A DNA stretch of 62,763 nucleotides, the filler included, from Bipalium vagum (Eukaryota), in assembly GCA_037834085.1 (NCBI GenBank). It is 3 parts of 3 records of this genome, joined end to end, with 100 filler letters (N's around TTAATTAATTAA, not from the genome) between each part and the next. Parts side by side here need not be neighbours in the genome. Positions count along the whole stretch, not along the records: positions 1 to 25,091 come from JBBMKC010197276.1; positions 25,192 to 46,571 come from JBBMKC010236360.1; 1 more part is not named here. One strand, given 5' to 3'. The notes beneath the pieces are model-generated. The model saw nothing but the letters and a program-made list of their open reading frames with translations, did no database searches and had not been told where the DNA came from. Made by a program: the position numbers and the translations under genes. Positions 12,771 to 26,612 of the stretch are shown piece after piece. Each line of letters opens with the position of its first letter. Position 1 is the stretch's first letter.

Positions 12771-15700
12771 AAATTATTAGCATCATTGAAGGGTTCTTTA
12801 CTGTACACTCATAAAGTTGCAAAGCTACTTAATTGTTACCTTTAATTATATTTATTTATTATTTAAAAATTTTACACAATAGTCAAGGATAAGAGATGGA
12901 GAAAGGATAAAACATTGTTTACAACAGAAATCGTTAAATTTAAAAATGAAAGACGAAGCGAAACTTTCTTCAACGAAATTTTTGGGCTTCAAGTTAAGAG
13001 ATAATGTACCAATTACATTAACAAAGATAAGTGCATAGTGGTGAATGCAAATGAAATTAACATCTTTTAAACAAGCACATTTCTTCAATAAAATTTGTTA
13101 TGTCCCCTTCATGTTTTTAGCTGGTCTCCTAAAAGCCCATCGGACATTTACATGTTCGTCCATTGATATTTAGTGACTTGCCAGGTGAAATGGTGTCAGA
13201 GGTTACCAGACATTTGAAATACCTCATATTGATGATGGACTTTTGAAATCATTTTTTCCAATATTTGCTCTTCTTCCCGTTTTGCCTTTGATACATTTGC
13301 AGATTTAATGGACTTATTATTGTTACATTTTCAACCAGTAATTTCAATTTTTATTTTTTTTCAAGGATAAAAAATGAAATTCAGCTTTTAAATGGTGTTA
13401 CAATAAATCAACGGTGCTTCTTTGATTTTTAAAAATTTATTTGTGAAAAATAAAAATTAAATAAAACAACAAAAGTAAGAAAAAAAGAAATAAAATAAAT
13501 TAAAATAATAAAATAAATAAAAATGATAAAATAAATAAAAACAATTGAATAAATAAAAATAATAAAATAAATAAAAGTCATAAGAAAAATAAATATAATA
13601 AAAATTTTAAAAAATATTTATATTAAAAACAATTAAAACAATAAAATAATACAAAAATTAAAATTAAAAAAGAATTTGTTTTATTGAAATAAATAAATAT
13701 ATTAAAATAAAAAAATAAGTAAAATGTGTACTTTTCTTTTCAAAGGATTTAATTATTACATTACATTTTCATTCAAACCCGATTGAATGTTTGCAGATAT
13801 TTCTTATAAAGTATGATTAATAAAACAAATACTTTGTGCTTGTAATAATAAACATTATAACTTTAAAAACATCGTTTAAAATAAGTGACATTTATTGGTT
13901 CTAAAAATATTGTTGCAGAATTAATCATTAATATTGGAAATGAATTAAAATTCACAAAATTTATTGAACGTTTATTGAAATAAATGAGATCTGTTTCAAC
14001 ATGATTGTCTTAATTAGAAAATGATAAGGTTTTCAAAACTTGTGTCCAAACCCATATTTCAATGGGAACAATGAGTAGAAAGGTAATGGTGATACATTGG
14101 AGAACGTGGAGAAATACATAGTTTAATGTCATACTTTCGTACCACATAAAAATTTAATTATGAATTAACAGAAGATACTTTAAATAATATTTTTGAAATA
14201 TAATCAATTTACGTAATAAATAAATAATTAAATTAATATATTTAACTAAAAAATATAATTCAGTAAAAAATAATAATAATTGTTTAATAATGTATTTTGT
14301 ATTATAAAAAAGATACTTGTCTTCCTTGAAAAAATGATGTCTAAATAAAAGTTTTACATTTTTATAAAACTATAATATTTTTTTATTACAAATAATTATT
14401 TCAATAAAAAAATTTATTTTCATTATTTATCACTAATAATAATTATTCCTTTTATCACCAATGATATTTATTTCTGAAAAATATTATCTAATATTTTCAA
14501 TGAAAGATAATTATACGGGTTTATTTATAGAAATTTAATAATATTTCGAAGTCATGGGACGCAGTGCAGTAGGTTATCATCAAGTATGTCAAGAATATTT
14601 TAATCCATCCTGGATCTGGCTTAATGTGAATCTAGAAATCAAATAAAGAAAAAACCATTGATTCTGACCACGAGATTATTCAAGTATTCACAACAAGATG
14701 CTTTAAAGTCGTCAGAATATCGGATTACTTGGTTTTATGTTCTGTTCATCGCTGTTTCATCACATTATTTATTTATTTCATCTCAACTTATTTCACTTGA
14801 TTAAATTCTTTACTGTTACAATTTGCACCAATGAAAATCGAGCAAATCTTCGTGATATATATTTTTCAAAAAATAATTAAAGAACATCGAAATATTTCAA
14901 CTTTTCCAGCTATTCATTAAATGTCTCAGTTTTGTTTTTGTTTCTTACTTATTTATTTAATTATTTTAATTTTCTTCGTTTTTTAAGATAAATGATAAAA
15001 TATAAAATAATAAGAAATGAAAGAAATTTGATTAATTCAGATTAATAATAATAATAATAATAAAGACAGCGTTAATTCAACTCATGGTGAAATGATAATT
15101 ACAGAAGAAAATGTCAGGATTTCTAAAGAAAATAAAAATAATTATCTGAATTATAAATAATCATTTTGAAAAATATCAATCTGATAAAGGGTTTCATTTT
15201 TATATTATTGCTATAAATAATTTTATGATGATTATTATTTAAATAAACAAAATTAAAAATTGCGGAAGATTAATAAAAAAACAGAAATATTTATCAAAAA
15301 TCAGAAATAAAATAATAAAAACCAATAAAAATAAATAATAAAATATCAATAAAAAATATTATCAATCAATCTCAATCAAACTTGGAAAAATATTTTTATC
15401 TGTTGTAATTACTTTCATTATTTTTTAATTTTATTTTTCGAAATTACTGATGATAAATAATCATTTATTCAGATTTTATAAAAGGAAAAATATATAATAA
15501 ATTAATAATAATTAAATTAAAAATTATTGATGCCATCAAGCAAATTCAATTTAAGTGAAATCGGATTTTTTTATGTATTTTATTTACATTTAATTTTATT
15601 AAAATATAAAATTAAAAATATATAAAATTAAGATAATGTTTGTTTTAAAAAATTTTTACAATTTTACATTAATTTAATGTGCCTGTTCCAAATAAAGATT

Positions 15701-16845
15701 TTCAAATCTCTTTGAAAAATATTGATCAATTATAATTTTTAATAATTAAAAAAAACATTGGAAAAACATTTTAAAATTTAAAAAAAATGAACTTTATTAG
15801 AGAAAATTTAAAATTACAAAACAATTACAAAATTTAACAAAAAATAAATTTTTTAAATTTAAAATAAAATAGAAAACTTTTTTATTAAAAGAAATTAATT
15901 TTTAAATAAAAATATTTTAAAATAATATATATAAAATAATTTTATTTTTTTATAAAATGTTATTAAAATTGATAATATATTTAATTATTGATCTATTGAA
16001 TTTGGTAATAAGAAGAAAATATAAATCATTTACTTTCTTATTGATTTCACATGATCAATGTGATTGGAGAAAATTAAGATAATTAAGAAAATTATTAAAC
16101 GTAAATGAAATATTTACTTTTTCTTTAAATGTGAATTTTCAATTAAAACAAAATAAAATGATAATAAAAAAATCAGACTTTTAGAAAATTTCAAAAAATA
16201 TAATAAAAGAAAAAAATAATAAAATATATTTATAATTTTTACAAAAAAATATTTTAAAATCTTTAAAGAAAAAAATTTCAATTTTAATTATTTAAATTTG
16301 AAAGTAGTAACGAAATTTTCCATTAATTATTAAAAAAGAGAAATGAAAATTAAAAAAAAATTCACATCTAATAAAAATATTTAAAAATAAATTAAATTAT
16401 GTTTTAAAAAATATGAAAAAACAAATAAAAAATTCAAATTAAAAAAAATTTTTAAAAAAATCAATTTTTGAAATATTGATTTTTTCAACATGAAAGAAAG
16501 ATCGATTTTTATACTTTTTCATTTCAAATGTTCTTTGTGGAAAACAATTTATTAAATCAATGATTTTTCCCCTTTACAATTGAAACCTTATTTCCTTCTA
16601 ATTTTGATTAGTCGCGTTTTGCAATTTGTGTCTTCTAATCCCAGAGACTGAAATGGGAGGGGAAAGGAGGGATTCAATTTGCACTTTTGATCACAATTAA
16701 CGGTTTTTTTATTCACATTAAAATGGTAACATTTGTAAAAACTAAGGCAGGGTTTTAGCTTTTGTCGTAAACAACTCTCAAGATCACAAATAATACAAAG
16801 AAACGTGGCTTTAACCATTTCCAAATCCATTACAACTGACGAAAA

Positions 16846-17120
16846 CTAACCCGGAACCGGGACGAGACTATTGTGCTTGGCCGACCACAGATATCCAGGA
16901 ATCGAAGAGATTGTCGTGCTCGCATTACTGATCGGTACATCGATCGGACAGCTGGCGTAGCTGCAGGTGCCGTCGTCGGCCCCCACGTCGGTTTGCAGAT
17001 AATACGTGCTGTTGGACGCGGTTGGCGATATTGGAGCCGGCGGCGGAGGAAATTCAGGCGGTGGTGGAATGACGTGTCCCAAATTCAGCACAATGCCCGG
17101 CCAGCTTTTGTCTAATTTAT
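16846..17120 (-). CDS. Terminal coding exon: proline-rich, probably cytoplasmic tail
   Basis: GC-rich open frame after ttatttccAG (phase 1): KLDKSWPGIVLNLGHVIPPPPEFPPPPAPISPTASNSTYYLQTDVGADDGTCSYASCP...VPVPG*. Contains the FPPPP EVH1-ligand motif. Confidence 0.7.
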
Positions 17121-17275
17121 CTGGAAATAATTCCGAGTCAATGTTCGACGAGTTTTACGGTGTAAATTATTTTATTTGTTTTCCAAAAAGAATATAGAAA
17201 GATTAAGAATATCTTCCGATGGTTCCGGTTTCTAAAGGTATCATTCGTAATAAGAAAATGAATGAAATAAATTAT

Positions 17276-17421
17276 NNNNNNNNNNNNNNNNNNNNNNNNN
17301 NNNNNNNNNNNNNNNNNNNNNNNNNNNNNNNNNNNNNNNNNNNNNNNNNNNNNNNNNNNNNNNNNNNNNNNNNNNNNNNNNNNNNNNNNNNNNNNNNNNN
17401 NNNNNNNNNNNNNNNNNNNNN
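17276..17421. other. Assembly gap (N run)
   Basis: Run of N. It may hide exons of the minus-strand gene. Confidence 0.99.
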
Positions 17422-18536
17422 GTAGAAGTAAAATATTTTTTTTATTTCAATATTATTCTTAGTAATTTAAAATTATTAAAATTATATAATAAAATAATCA
17501 ATTTAAGTAAAATAATAGGTTAAAAAATCGTTAATACAATTTTATTATTTTTTGGCACTGTTAAAAATAATTATTTTTCGCATCATTATTAATTCTTTTT
17601 GCTAGAATATCTAGTTAATAGTTAATATATTATCATATGCTCACAGTTAATTTATTATCAAACAAAATAATATTCTATTATTATTTATTAATTAATTTAT
17701 TTATATTTATATTTATTTATATTTTAAGAAATAAATAAATAAATTATTAATTATTAAATAAAAATTCATATAATAAATAAAAAGAAATATATTTCCAATG
17801 ATAATAAGCGCTAGTGCTACTGCCCCGAAACGTGCCCAATTAAATATGCAAATTAAATTAAGAATTCAATCAGTAACTTCTAAAATTCATAACAGAGAAA
17901 ATCTATCACCGACTTTCTACAATATTTTCGTCTTTCTGAGATTTTCGTAGACTCTTCCATTTCTCATTTGTAAAAATAAAACACGACGAAAGAACCAATT
18001 GTGGAAATTTTCCATTATTTTGATTCCATTGTAATTTTAATCGTTAAATCGATAAATCAAATTTCTGTAAAAGAAAATTGTTTCTAAAAAACCAAGCTCC
18101 GGAGAAAGAAACCCAACAGAAATTGCAACTGTCTCAATTTTCAAAGAATTTGTCGGAAAGAAAAGATTTTCCATGATAACAAGTGAAAAGGAATATGGAA
18201 CATGGAAATAAAATGAAGAAATAATTAGTCATACAATTTTCAATATATTCTGCAACCACCAGAAATGATCAATATTTTTCAATCACCACTTACCATTCTC
18301 TAACTAAATCTGATACACATCAAAGCAAACCTAACGACGACGACGACGACTTTACTAAGATGTGCAGCATTCTATTTACTTTTCAATCACACGGCCTATG
18401 TATTCATGGTTTAATAATTAATGAAGCCCAGAGTAGTAGTGACAAAATCTGTGAATTGAAGTAATGACCCAGGTGTATGCAGCGTCTACGAGAACCATAT
18501 GCTCGGCATTGCTGTCATACCAACAGCGATCACCGT

Positions 18537-18755
18537 GATGATAACTCAACTGTCCTCAACAACACACACGCACACAAACACAGGCCTGACGATAATTCAA
18601 CTCTCCTCAAGACACACTCACATTCACAAACATGCACATGTGATGAGCGAGTCCGTTCTTTTTCTTTCTCAGAAATCAACGGATGAGAAAACCGTTCTCA
18701 AATTTCTCGTAATCAACACACACGCGTACAGTCACACAACGCACACATGCGCTTA
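18537..18755. repeat. Imperfect ~51-bp repeats ending in CA-rich tracts
   Basis: gatgataactcaactgtcctcaacaacacacacgcacacaaaca, then gacgataattcaactctcctcaagacacactcacattcacaaaca, plus a third CA-rich tract at about 18714-18750. Confidence 0.7.
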
Positions 18756-18841
18756 GCAGTTCCATTCTCTTATCTATTGATTCTTCTGCCTTTAAATTTA
18801 ATCTTTTCCCCCAAAGCAAGTCCGTAATTGAATTATCTCTC

Positions 18842-18969
18842 CTATCCACTATTTCTCTGCAATAGACATCGACGATGATGCATCAATATTGCAATAGGCA
18901 CAAGAAACACCACCGTCTCTCCCATTAATTCATGTCTCATTTCCAACTTCCAAATATTCCGATATTCCA
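18842..18969 (-). CDS. Possible alternative terminal exon of the Ig-domain gene
   Basis: Acceptor gtattttcAG. Its phase 1 matches the Ig exon donor and gives LEYRNIWKLEMRHELMGETVVFLVPIAILMHHRRCLLQRNSG*. No homology support. Confidence 0.2.
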
Positions 18970-21049
18970 CTGAAAATACACGAGACAACGAGTAACAGAT
19001 AATCGGCGCGGTGAAAAGTTTTTTTTCAAAAATATTAAGAAAAATCGCTAGAAAATTTTTATATTTCCTCATTTATTTCGTCAAATTCAAATTTATTGAA
19101 TTATTATTTTTATACTTGTCCATTTATATTGGTATTTTATTGTCACTATCGTTAATCGATAAATCAAAGATTTCATTGTTTTTTTCAATAATGAATTTTC
19201 TATTATTTTTAAAATTATTATTTTAAAATATTATTTATTTATTTTTATTTTTATTATTATTATTTCGATGTGCAGTGGGTGATTTTAATTTGTTTTCTCT
19301 TCCATTCTTTTTTTTATCTTTTCTTCATTTAACTGTACGTTCTGACCTGGGGATTTTCCTTCATAAATGGATTTATACTACTTATTAACATTTCGTATCC
19401 TTTATGAAGAGTTTTAAGTTTACCAAAATGTTAATTTCTTTCCTAAATACATATTATTGTACTTCAGATCTCATTTTTGTCTTGTTCCAATTTTTAAAAG
19501 TTGAATGAATCATTAATTATTCAAAACCGTAATTCCAATCTAATTATTACCAAAAAAAATTTCATGTATCAAAATTTGTAGATTTTTATCTCTGATTTTC
19601 CCAAACAATGACAATTAAATGAAATTGTCAAATTTCCAAATTTTCTGTATCTTTTCCAACACGTTTTTATTTAAAAACCGCTTTTTTGAGAGAGAAAAAT
19701 TAAAATGAAATCAAAAATTTTAATTTTCCTTACAATGAAATAGGAAATAAAATAATATTACCATAAGTTATAATAATAATTTTATTATTTAATCGATAAA
19801 ATATTCTGTAAATCATATAATGCAGGAACCGAAAATTTTTTTTTAATAAAGGACATTTTCATTTTGTAGAAAATATTATTTATAGTATGAAATATATTTT
19901 ATATATAATCATTGAATATAATAAAAGCATTACGAAACCATAATTTCATTATGTCTTGTTTGAATCAGCTAATTTGAAGGACACACATCAACATTAACCT
20001 TGTATGAGCAACACAATAAAAAAAGAATGAAAACATTCAAATCCCTGTACGAAATAAAAAAAGCTCCCGGAACAGTTCTTGGGAGAGTAGACAATGTGCA
20101 AGCTGATTCGTGAAATGAACTGATCGAGAGACGATCTGAACAACATCATTTTGTGTCATGGTGAACATTTGAAGTGAATATTACTCATAATATTTTTTAC
20201 GTTTCTTGGAATCAATGTTTTTGTACCTTTATTTCTTGTGTCATCTTACATTTATTTAAAAATAATAACCAATGATAATTTTCATCTTAAGATTAATGAT
20301 AATAAAAATAAAAATAATAATATTATTATTATTATTTAATTCATAAAAAAACAAAAATTTAAGTGGCATAGATTAACATATTTGATTTGAATAAGATGAC
20401 AAGAAAGATCATAAATTAATGATCCGTATCAATACGACAAGTTCATCTTTTTAAGAACAAATATTAAATTAAATAAATCAATATTACGTGGATTAAAAAA
20501 TTATTATTATTATTATTATTGATTAGATTAATATAAACATTATTTTTCTTAGAAGATTTATCGGTTTTAAATTTTATTATTACAATGAGGATTTTCTATA
20601 TTATTTATTTTTATACTGAAATAAAAAGAAAGGTTTTTACAGCTTTAAAAAGTATTTTAAAGTTCAAATTTTCGATAAATCACAAATAGAAATAATATTT
20701 TTTGTTTTAATGTAGTCATTTTTATAAAGATTACGATTACAAATATTCTGAGACTTTCAATACATAAAATAAAATGATAGATGGGTTTTAGTATTGTCAT
20801 AAAACCATTGAATCACTTTTCAGATCCAGTTAAAGGTGTGCCAGTTGTTATAAGCATTGATACCGTCTGCACTATCCGCATTATGAGACATTTTGTTTTA
20901 ACAGGTTTAATAACAACAACACCTCAATCAATTTCGAAAGTAGCGATGTGAACATTGTATAAATAAATAATTTGTTTAAATTTGTACTGAGCTGTAACTC
21001 TCGTTGGACATTGTTTAGGTTTAGAGAAAAACGAGTCGAAGGTCAGTAA

Positions 21050-21515
21050 AGAAATGTCAATCAAAATATAATTAAAATTGATTTTCCAATTTTTAAATAA
21101 TATTTGGTTGTGCCATCTGAAATGTCGATTTGTAATTAATTCAAAAAATGTGGTACCCTTGTATGAACCTTTGTAACCTTATCAACAGAATTCAAATGAC
21201 TTGGGATTCTCTTGAGACTAACAGTGGTTGTCATAGTAAGATACTAAACGTTTGCATGGAATTTAATTCCTCCAAGGTCGATAAAGCGGCATTTTCAATG
21301 ACTTTTCTGAGTTTATCATTCTTTCCTTTTAATCTGCTTTCATCACAATTTCCGTAAAAATCACATACCACCACCTAACCATGATTTCATTAACTGTACC
21401 TTTTTCAAATGGTAAATTAATGTTTTCATCAGCTTTCAAAGCTGCCTATCTCAATTTCCATTCGTTTAAGTAAATTGTGCAAATTTCTTTGTTTGTCAAT
21501 TTGTGCGTCATTCCT
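21050..21515 (-). mobile_element. Mariner transposase N-terminal relic
   Basis: MTHKLTNKEICTIYLNEWKLR*AALKADENINLPFEKGTVNEIMVRWWY, then SHLNSVDKVTKVHTRVPH (WVPHEL-like). Confidence 0.75.
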
Positions 21516-23052
21516 GATATTTTCTAAGACTTTGTTGGTTCATTTAAACAAATATAAAATTAAAATATTTTCAAATGATGATTTCAAAAAAAATTGAATT
21601 ATTTCTCCATGGTTACTGTAAAAGATTGTAAAAAATCTGCAAAAATTAACTGTTGAAACTGGGCCTTTCATATGTCACCATATAATGGAACCTCTAAAAA
21701 TGGAAAAAACGATTTTTCACTACACCTTGTTCAATATTATCGTGTGGTCGGTCGAGTTGGTCTTTGTGTCAAACTGTACGGTTTAATGATTCGCACCAGT
21801 GGGAGTAGATGTATTCCTTAACATTTTATAGACAGGAACAAGTTTGAGAACAAAAACTACTGAGATCGGACATTTCATTGACACAACCTAATGTAAAACC
21901 GTTTTTCCAAGTCAAACATTTCAAAAATATTATCAATATCAGATACACAATCAATAATATTGATTTGGAATTAATTATAAATTAACAAAATAAAACAAAA
22001 GATTCAATTTTCTATCTTACGGTCAAAGAAAGGGACAATCTCCAACCCTAGTTAGACAAAATATGCTTGAGAAGGAAAAGTGCTTCAAGAAGAAAACTAG
22101 AAGGATCCATCGAAAAAGGTTAACGATTCACCAAATCTTTAATATATCACAATTGCCGAATCTCATGCGTACAGGATATATTTCCCAAATCGTTAATGAG
22201 CCACAAAACGTAATCCCACCCATTATGAGGTGATATATACATGTGCCAAGATTTACAATTGTTCAACTCATTGATTTGGCCTAGGTCCCAACCACTTGAA
22301 AATCGAATAGGGTTGAACACGGCAAGGGTTTTGCTTGTCCCAAACAACAGCGTGAATGAGTTGATTGAAATACAAGTCGTAACACAGTCGACGTCTGAGT
22401 GGAAAGTGTCAATGAAAGTTCCCAAACACATTTCCCCAAATGTCAATTAGAAAATCATATTAATTGTCCCAAGGTTTTCTCGCACTGAAAATGTGATATA
22501 TATTTTCACTGTGAGTTTTCCTTCATGTCACGATTATACATAAATCACAATTTGCTTTCTGAACCCAACCAAGGCAAGATTGTCCGTTGATGGTCGTTAA
22601 TTACCGGTTTTCCAAGTTGATGAGGAGCTTGGCAAAGAACGGTGATAATTGGCCGGGTTCGTTACTCATTAAATTGATACTTTCTTCACTTTGTTGATAA
22701 TTGAACGGTGCATTTGACAAGATCGGAAATGTGCAGATATCACAAACGTCGAAAAGCACAACCTGAAATATTAGTGACATTATCCCGGTTTTCAGCGCTT
22801 GGGTTTTTGCCCCGTTAATTGGGGTTTTCACTTGGGAAAAAACGATAGACCGATTCGGGGCTTTAATTACTGAATGTACGGTCAAACGGTGGACATTTTC
22901 GATCGGGGCAAATAAAATTTACGTTGTCCGAGGTTTTATATTTTTAAATAATTGGTGATAATAAGGAAGAATATATCTTAATCATTAAAACAAAATATTG
23001 TAAATTAGACCAGTTGAAGTTAATGACATTTCGTAGGGCTAACGAGGCTTAC

Positions 23053-23265
23053 AGTATATTTTAATTTCTTCTTCCTTGGAAATCAGCGGATTCTGACCGT
23101 AGAAATGATTTACCGGAAAGTCACTGACCAGGCATTGGTACCTTCCGAAGTCCGAAGCACTGACGGAGTTTATTAGAAGGTAACCAACATATTTATATGT
23201 TTTCCCGGAAGACTTTAGAGTTAAATTATTCAACATCTTCTCGCTCCATGAAAATTCGAAAATGT
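23053..23265 (-). CDS. Internal exon encoding the C-terminal part of an immunoglobulin domain
   Basis: ttgttcAG acceptor and GTAAGC donor, 213 nt, phase 1-1. IFEFSWSEK...YVGYLLINSVSASDFGRYQCLVS contains the Ig W and the L.I..V...D.G.Y.C signature. Confidence 0.82.
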
Positions 23266-24843
23266 CTGAACAAATGGATTTAAAAATTAAGTAAAATAAT
23301 AATAATAATAATAATAAAATTATTATCATATAAATATGATAATTTTAAAAAATCTCTTTTTTCTAGGAAATTTTTAATAAAATATTAAAAGAAAAAGTGT
23401 GACATTTATTTAAATTTAATGATTTTATATTTATTATGTTATTATTTTAAAGATTTATTCTTGTATTTAAAAAAACCAATAAAAGTGAATAAAAAATTAA
23501 TAAAAAAAGACCAAGAAATAAATTTTAAAGATGAATTATATTATCAAAATGTGAAAATAATTTTTTTGTTTTAATAAACAAGAGAAAAGGCTTAAGAAAA
23601 ATGATATTTTTTACAAAAATTGATTACAATGAAATATTTTAAAATTTTAATTGTTATTATCCAATAAAAACAATTATAATCTCTTCAATAATAAAAGGAG
23701 GTGGAAGAAATAAAAAGGTAATATCATATAAAATATAAAAGCTTAAAAGAATTTAATTAAAACAAATAAATATTGTGCAATAATGAACAAAAATTATTTT
23801 TATGTAATGAAAAAAAAGAATTAAAATATTCTTAAATCGATAAAAAAATTATCAAAGAAAAATTAAAAAATTTAAAGAATTAATAATTGTTTGTTTAAAA
23901 CAAAATATCTTTAAAAATGATAAAGAAAAAATTATAAATAATAATATTAATTGACTTTTTTTAAATTAATTGATATTTTATTAAAAGTTTTAACTAAATG
24001 AATTTTATTGGTTAATTAAAAAAAACATACAATTTTGTTTTAAAAATTGCAATTAAATTTGTAATTTAAATATTAAATTACCACACAAAATACATTACAC
24101 ATAAAATCTATAAAAATTAAAAAATAACCTTTATCAAAGAATCTTCTTTTTATGATAACCATAATAAAATAAAAAGTTGTTAATCATTAAATGGAAAAAT
24201 TAATAATTTTGAAAAAAATTCAAAAAAAACCAAAAATTAAATGATATAAATTATAATAATATAAATCGAATAAATATAATTAAAAATAATTTAATAAATA
24301 TTAAAATAAATAAAGTACTTGATTATTCTGAATATTTAAAATATAAAGAATGTAAAGAATAACATTAAAAAAATATTAAATCTGTAATTAAAATATAAAA
24401 AAAATATTTAAAAAATAAAAAAATTTTGTTTATTTTGATTTGTTGTGTTTAAAAATTATGAAACCTTTTGTAACTATCACACCAGGACTATAACAAATTA
24501 TTGCTTATTAAGTTTGGAAATTACTTTCCACGTTTTGTAATAGATTAATTTGTGATAAAAATTCGGTATACGCATTTTCAGCGAAAATAAAACTAAAAGG
24601 TTATATTTAAGAGTATCTGTTAAAATTAATATCGATTTATTTGTTTAATTGGATTAACTTAATTATTTTTTTGGCGGCAATACAAAATTATATGTGACGA
24701 AAAATAATTTACGGAAAATAGTATTACTTTTTTCAATTTAAGGAAATCAGCAGAAAAAACCTATAGCTATTTTTCAGAAGCTATCAAAAGCTCCATTTAG
24801 ATAATAATAATTTTGCTGATTTAACGCTGGTGACTTCATTGTA

Positions 24844-25091
24844 CAGGGTGGCCACTAAAAAACTTACCAATTTAAAATTGATCTGAAATTGAAAATATAA
24901 ATGATTTCTTAAAAATTTTTTTAGATAATATAAAGCAATTTTTGGAATTTAAATGAATGTTTATAATATTCCACACAGAGTAAAACTCATTGAGTTATAC
25001 TATGCAAATGATCAAAGATAATCAACAGATATGGTTTCAGCAGGATGGAGCTACCGCGCACACTGCTAAACTGACAATGAAAATTCTCAGA
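24844..25091 (+). mobile_element. Internally deleted DD41D/maT-like Tc1/mariner element
   Basis: TA|CAGGGTG terminus, followed by IWFQQDGATAHTAKLTMKIL. Truncated by the gap. Confidence 0.8.
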
Positions 25092-25191
25092 NNNNNNNNN
25101 NNNNNNNNNNNNNNNNNNNNNNNNNNNNNNNNNNNTTAATTAATTAANNNNNNNNNNNNNNNNNNNNNNNNNNNNNNNNNNNNNNNNNNNN
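25092..25191. other. Artificial contig-join spacer (44 N + TTAATTAATTAA + 44 N)
   Basis: A six-frame stop linker inside exactly 100 positions. An identical structure is at 46572-46671. Confidence 0.95.
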
Positions 25192-25818
25192 ATTCAAATA
25201 TATTTTTTAATAACATTTAAAATAATTAAAGAAACCAAATCGTGAAATTCAATTGATATTGTAATCCATCTCCCAAAAGTCTTAAAACATTTTTTATCTT
25301 TTAAAACTGTCTACTGATTAAAACAAAAAAATAATAATAAAATTGGAATTAAAATTTCTTATTCAACGCTCAAACTTTGATGAATTATAAATATTTATAA
25401 ACGATTCTAAATTGAATGTGTTATGCGTATATTAAATATACGAAAGAAATTCTCGTAAAAATTCCAATAAGTTGTTTTAATTGACACTTTATATTATATG
25501 ACTTATCAGCCTTGTGAGTGGCAGTTATCAATCTATGCAGACTGCAAGGTACGTTGGAGAAATGTCGTTTTTATATTTATTTTATATTTTCCATGATTGC
25601 AGCTCGTAACGCCAACGACAGGAATTCGTAAACATGATAAAAATAAATAAATAAAAATAGATTGGGAAAAACAAATCTATTTCCGGATTTTTGTTGCCCA
25701 CTCTCCTATTTTTCTCCCATCCATGACAGACAGAAAATAATAATAAAAATTTTTTGTTTTTTTTCTTCATTAAACGAATTTTTTCTGTTTTATTTATCTA
25801 TGGCTCCCTTTTCTGCAG

Positions 25819-26091
25819 AGAGACTGTCCCTCTGGTCAGTTGAGCAAAAAGAAATTCATCGAGGTCTATTCCGGTTTCTTTCCAGACGGAAATGCAGAAG
25901 AGTTTTGCATCCACGTCTTCAGAACGTTTGACAAGGATAATTCGGGAAAAATCGATTTCAAGGAATTTCTCTTGGCCATCAATATCACGTCGGGGGGCAA
26001 GCCTGAAGAAAAGTTGGAGTGGGCCTTTCAGATGTATGACATTGACGGAAATGGTACGATAGAGAAGGTGGAGATGGTGGAGATCATCAAG
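25819..26091 (+). CDS. ncs-2: Neuronal calcium sensor (NCS-2-like, recoverin/neurocalcin family), internal exon
   Basis: ttttctgcAG acceptor and GTGAGA donor, 91 codons: [17 protein letters not shown]...[60 protein letters not shown]. Inactive EF1 (CPSG) plus EF2 and EF3. From memory it closely resembles C. elegans NCS-2. Confidence 0.95.
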
Positions 26092-26612
26092 GTGAGATCT
26101 TTGGTTGTGTTGTCTAGACATTCAGGACGTTTATCCATTGGCTCAAAACGGCTTCAAATCGATTGTTAATTAAAATTAATTAACTGGCCACGATAAATTA
26201 CTGTGGAACATATTAATAAATAATGACCACTGATAACGATGTTTTGGCGAAGTCGACAGCGACTGTTATCTTTGAGAGAAATATTTTAATATTTATACTT
26301 TAAGATTTTCCATTTATTTTTATTTATTTTTATTTTCCGAATCTTTTATACATTTTACTTTGTTTGTGATATTAATACTTTTTTGCTTGTGTTTCGTCAT
26401 AAAAATAATTCTTAAACAAATCTATTAAAAAAAATATTGATTTTTTGTTTTAAATGAAAGGTTTACCACAGGCTGGTAGAGATAAATTCGAAAAATTTTC
26501 AAAATTATATTAAAAGAGCATTATTTGAGTAATCAATATAATTATTTTTGTTTAAGTGAGCTAATTTATCGATAAAATAGATTAATCAAATTTGAATTTT
26601 GTAATATTTGTC

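Noticed and set aside
18537-18755. Repeat-spacer-like pattern as a CRISPR array
   Set aside because: Only two imperfect units with microsatellite-like tails, a eukaryotic context and no cas genes.
22147-22885. ORFs between the Ig exon and the tail exon as extra coding exons
   Set aside because: The best AG/GT-bounded candidate has phases incompatible with the phase-1 Ig exon, and there is no Ig, FN3 or TM signature.
25136-25147. TTAATTAATTAA palindrome between N runs (also 46616-46627)
   Set aside because: Artificial six-frame stop linker, not biological sequence.
25798-26121. Antisense or alternate-frame ORFs over the NCS exons (also 40301-40576), the TGF-beta exon 1 and the proline-rich exon
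   Set aside because: Shadows of real coding exons.
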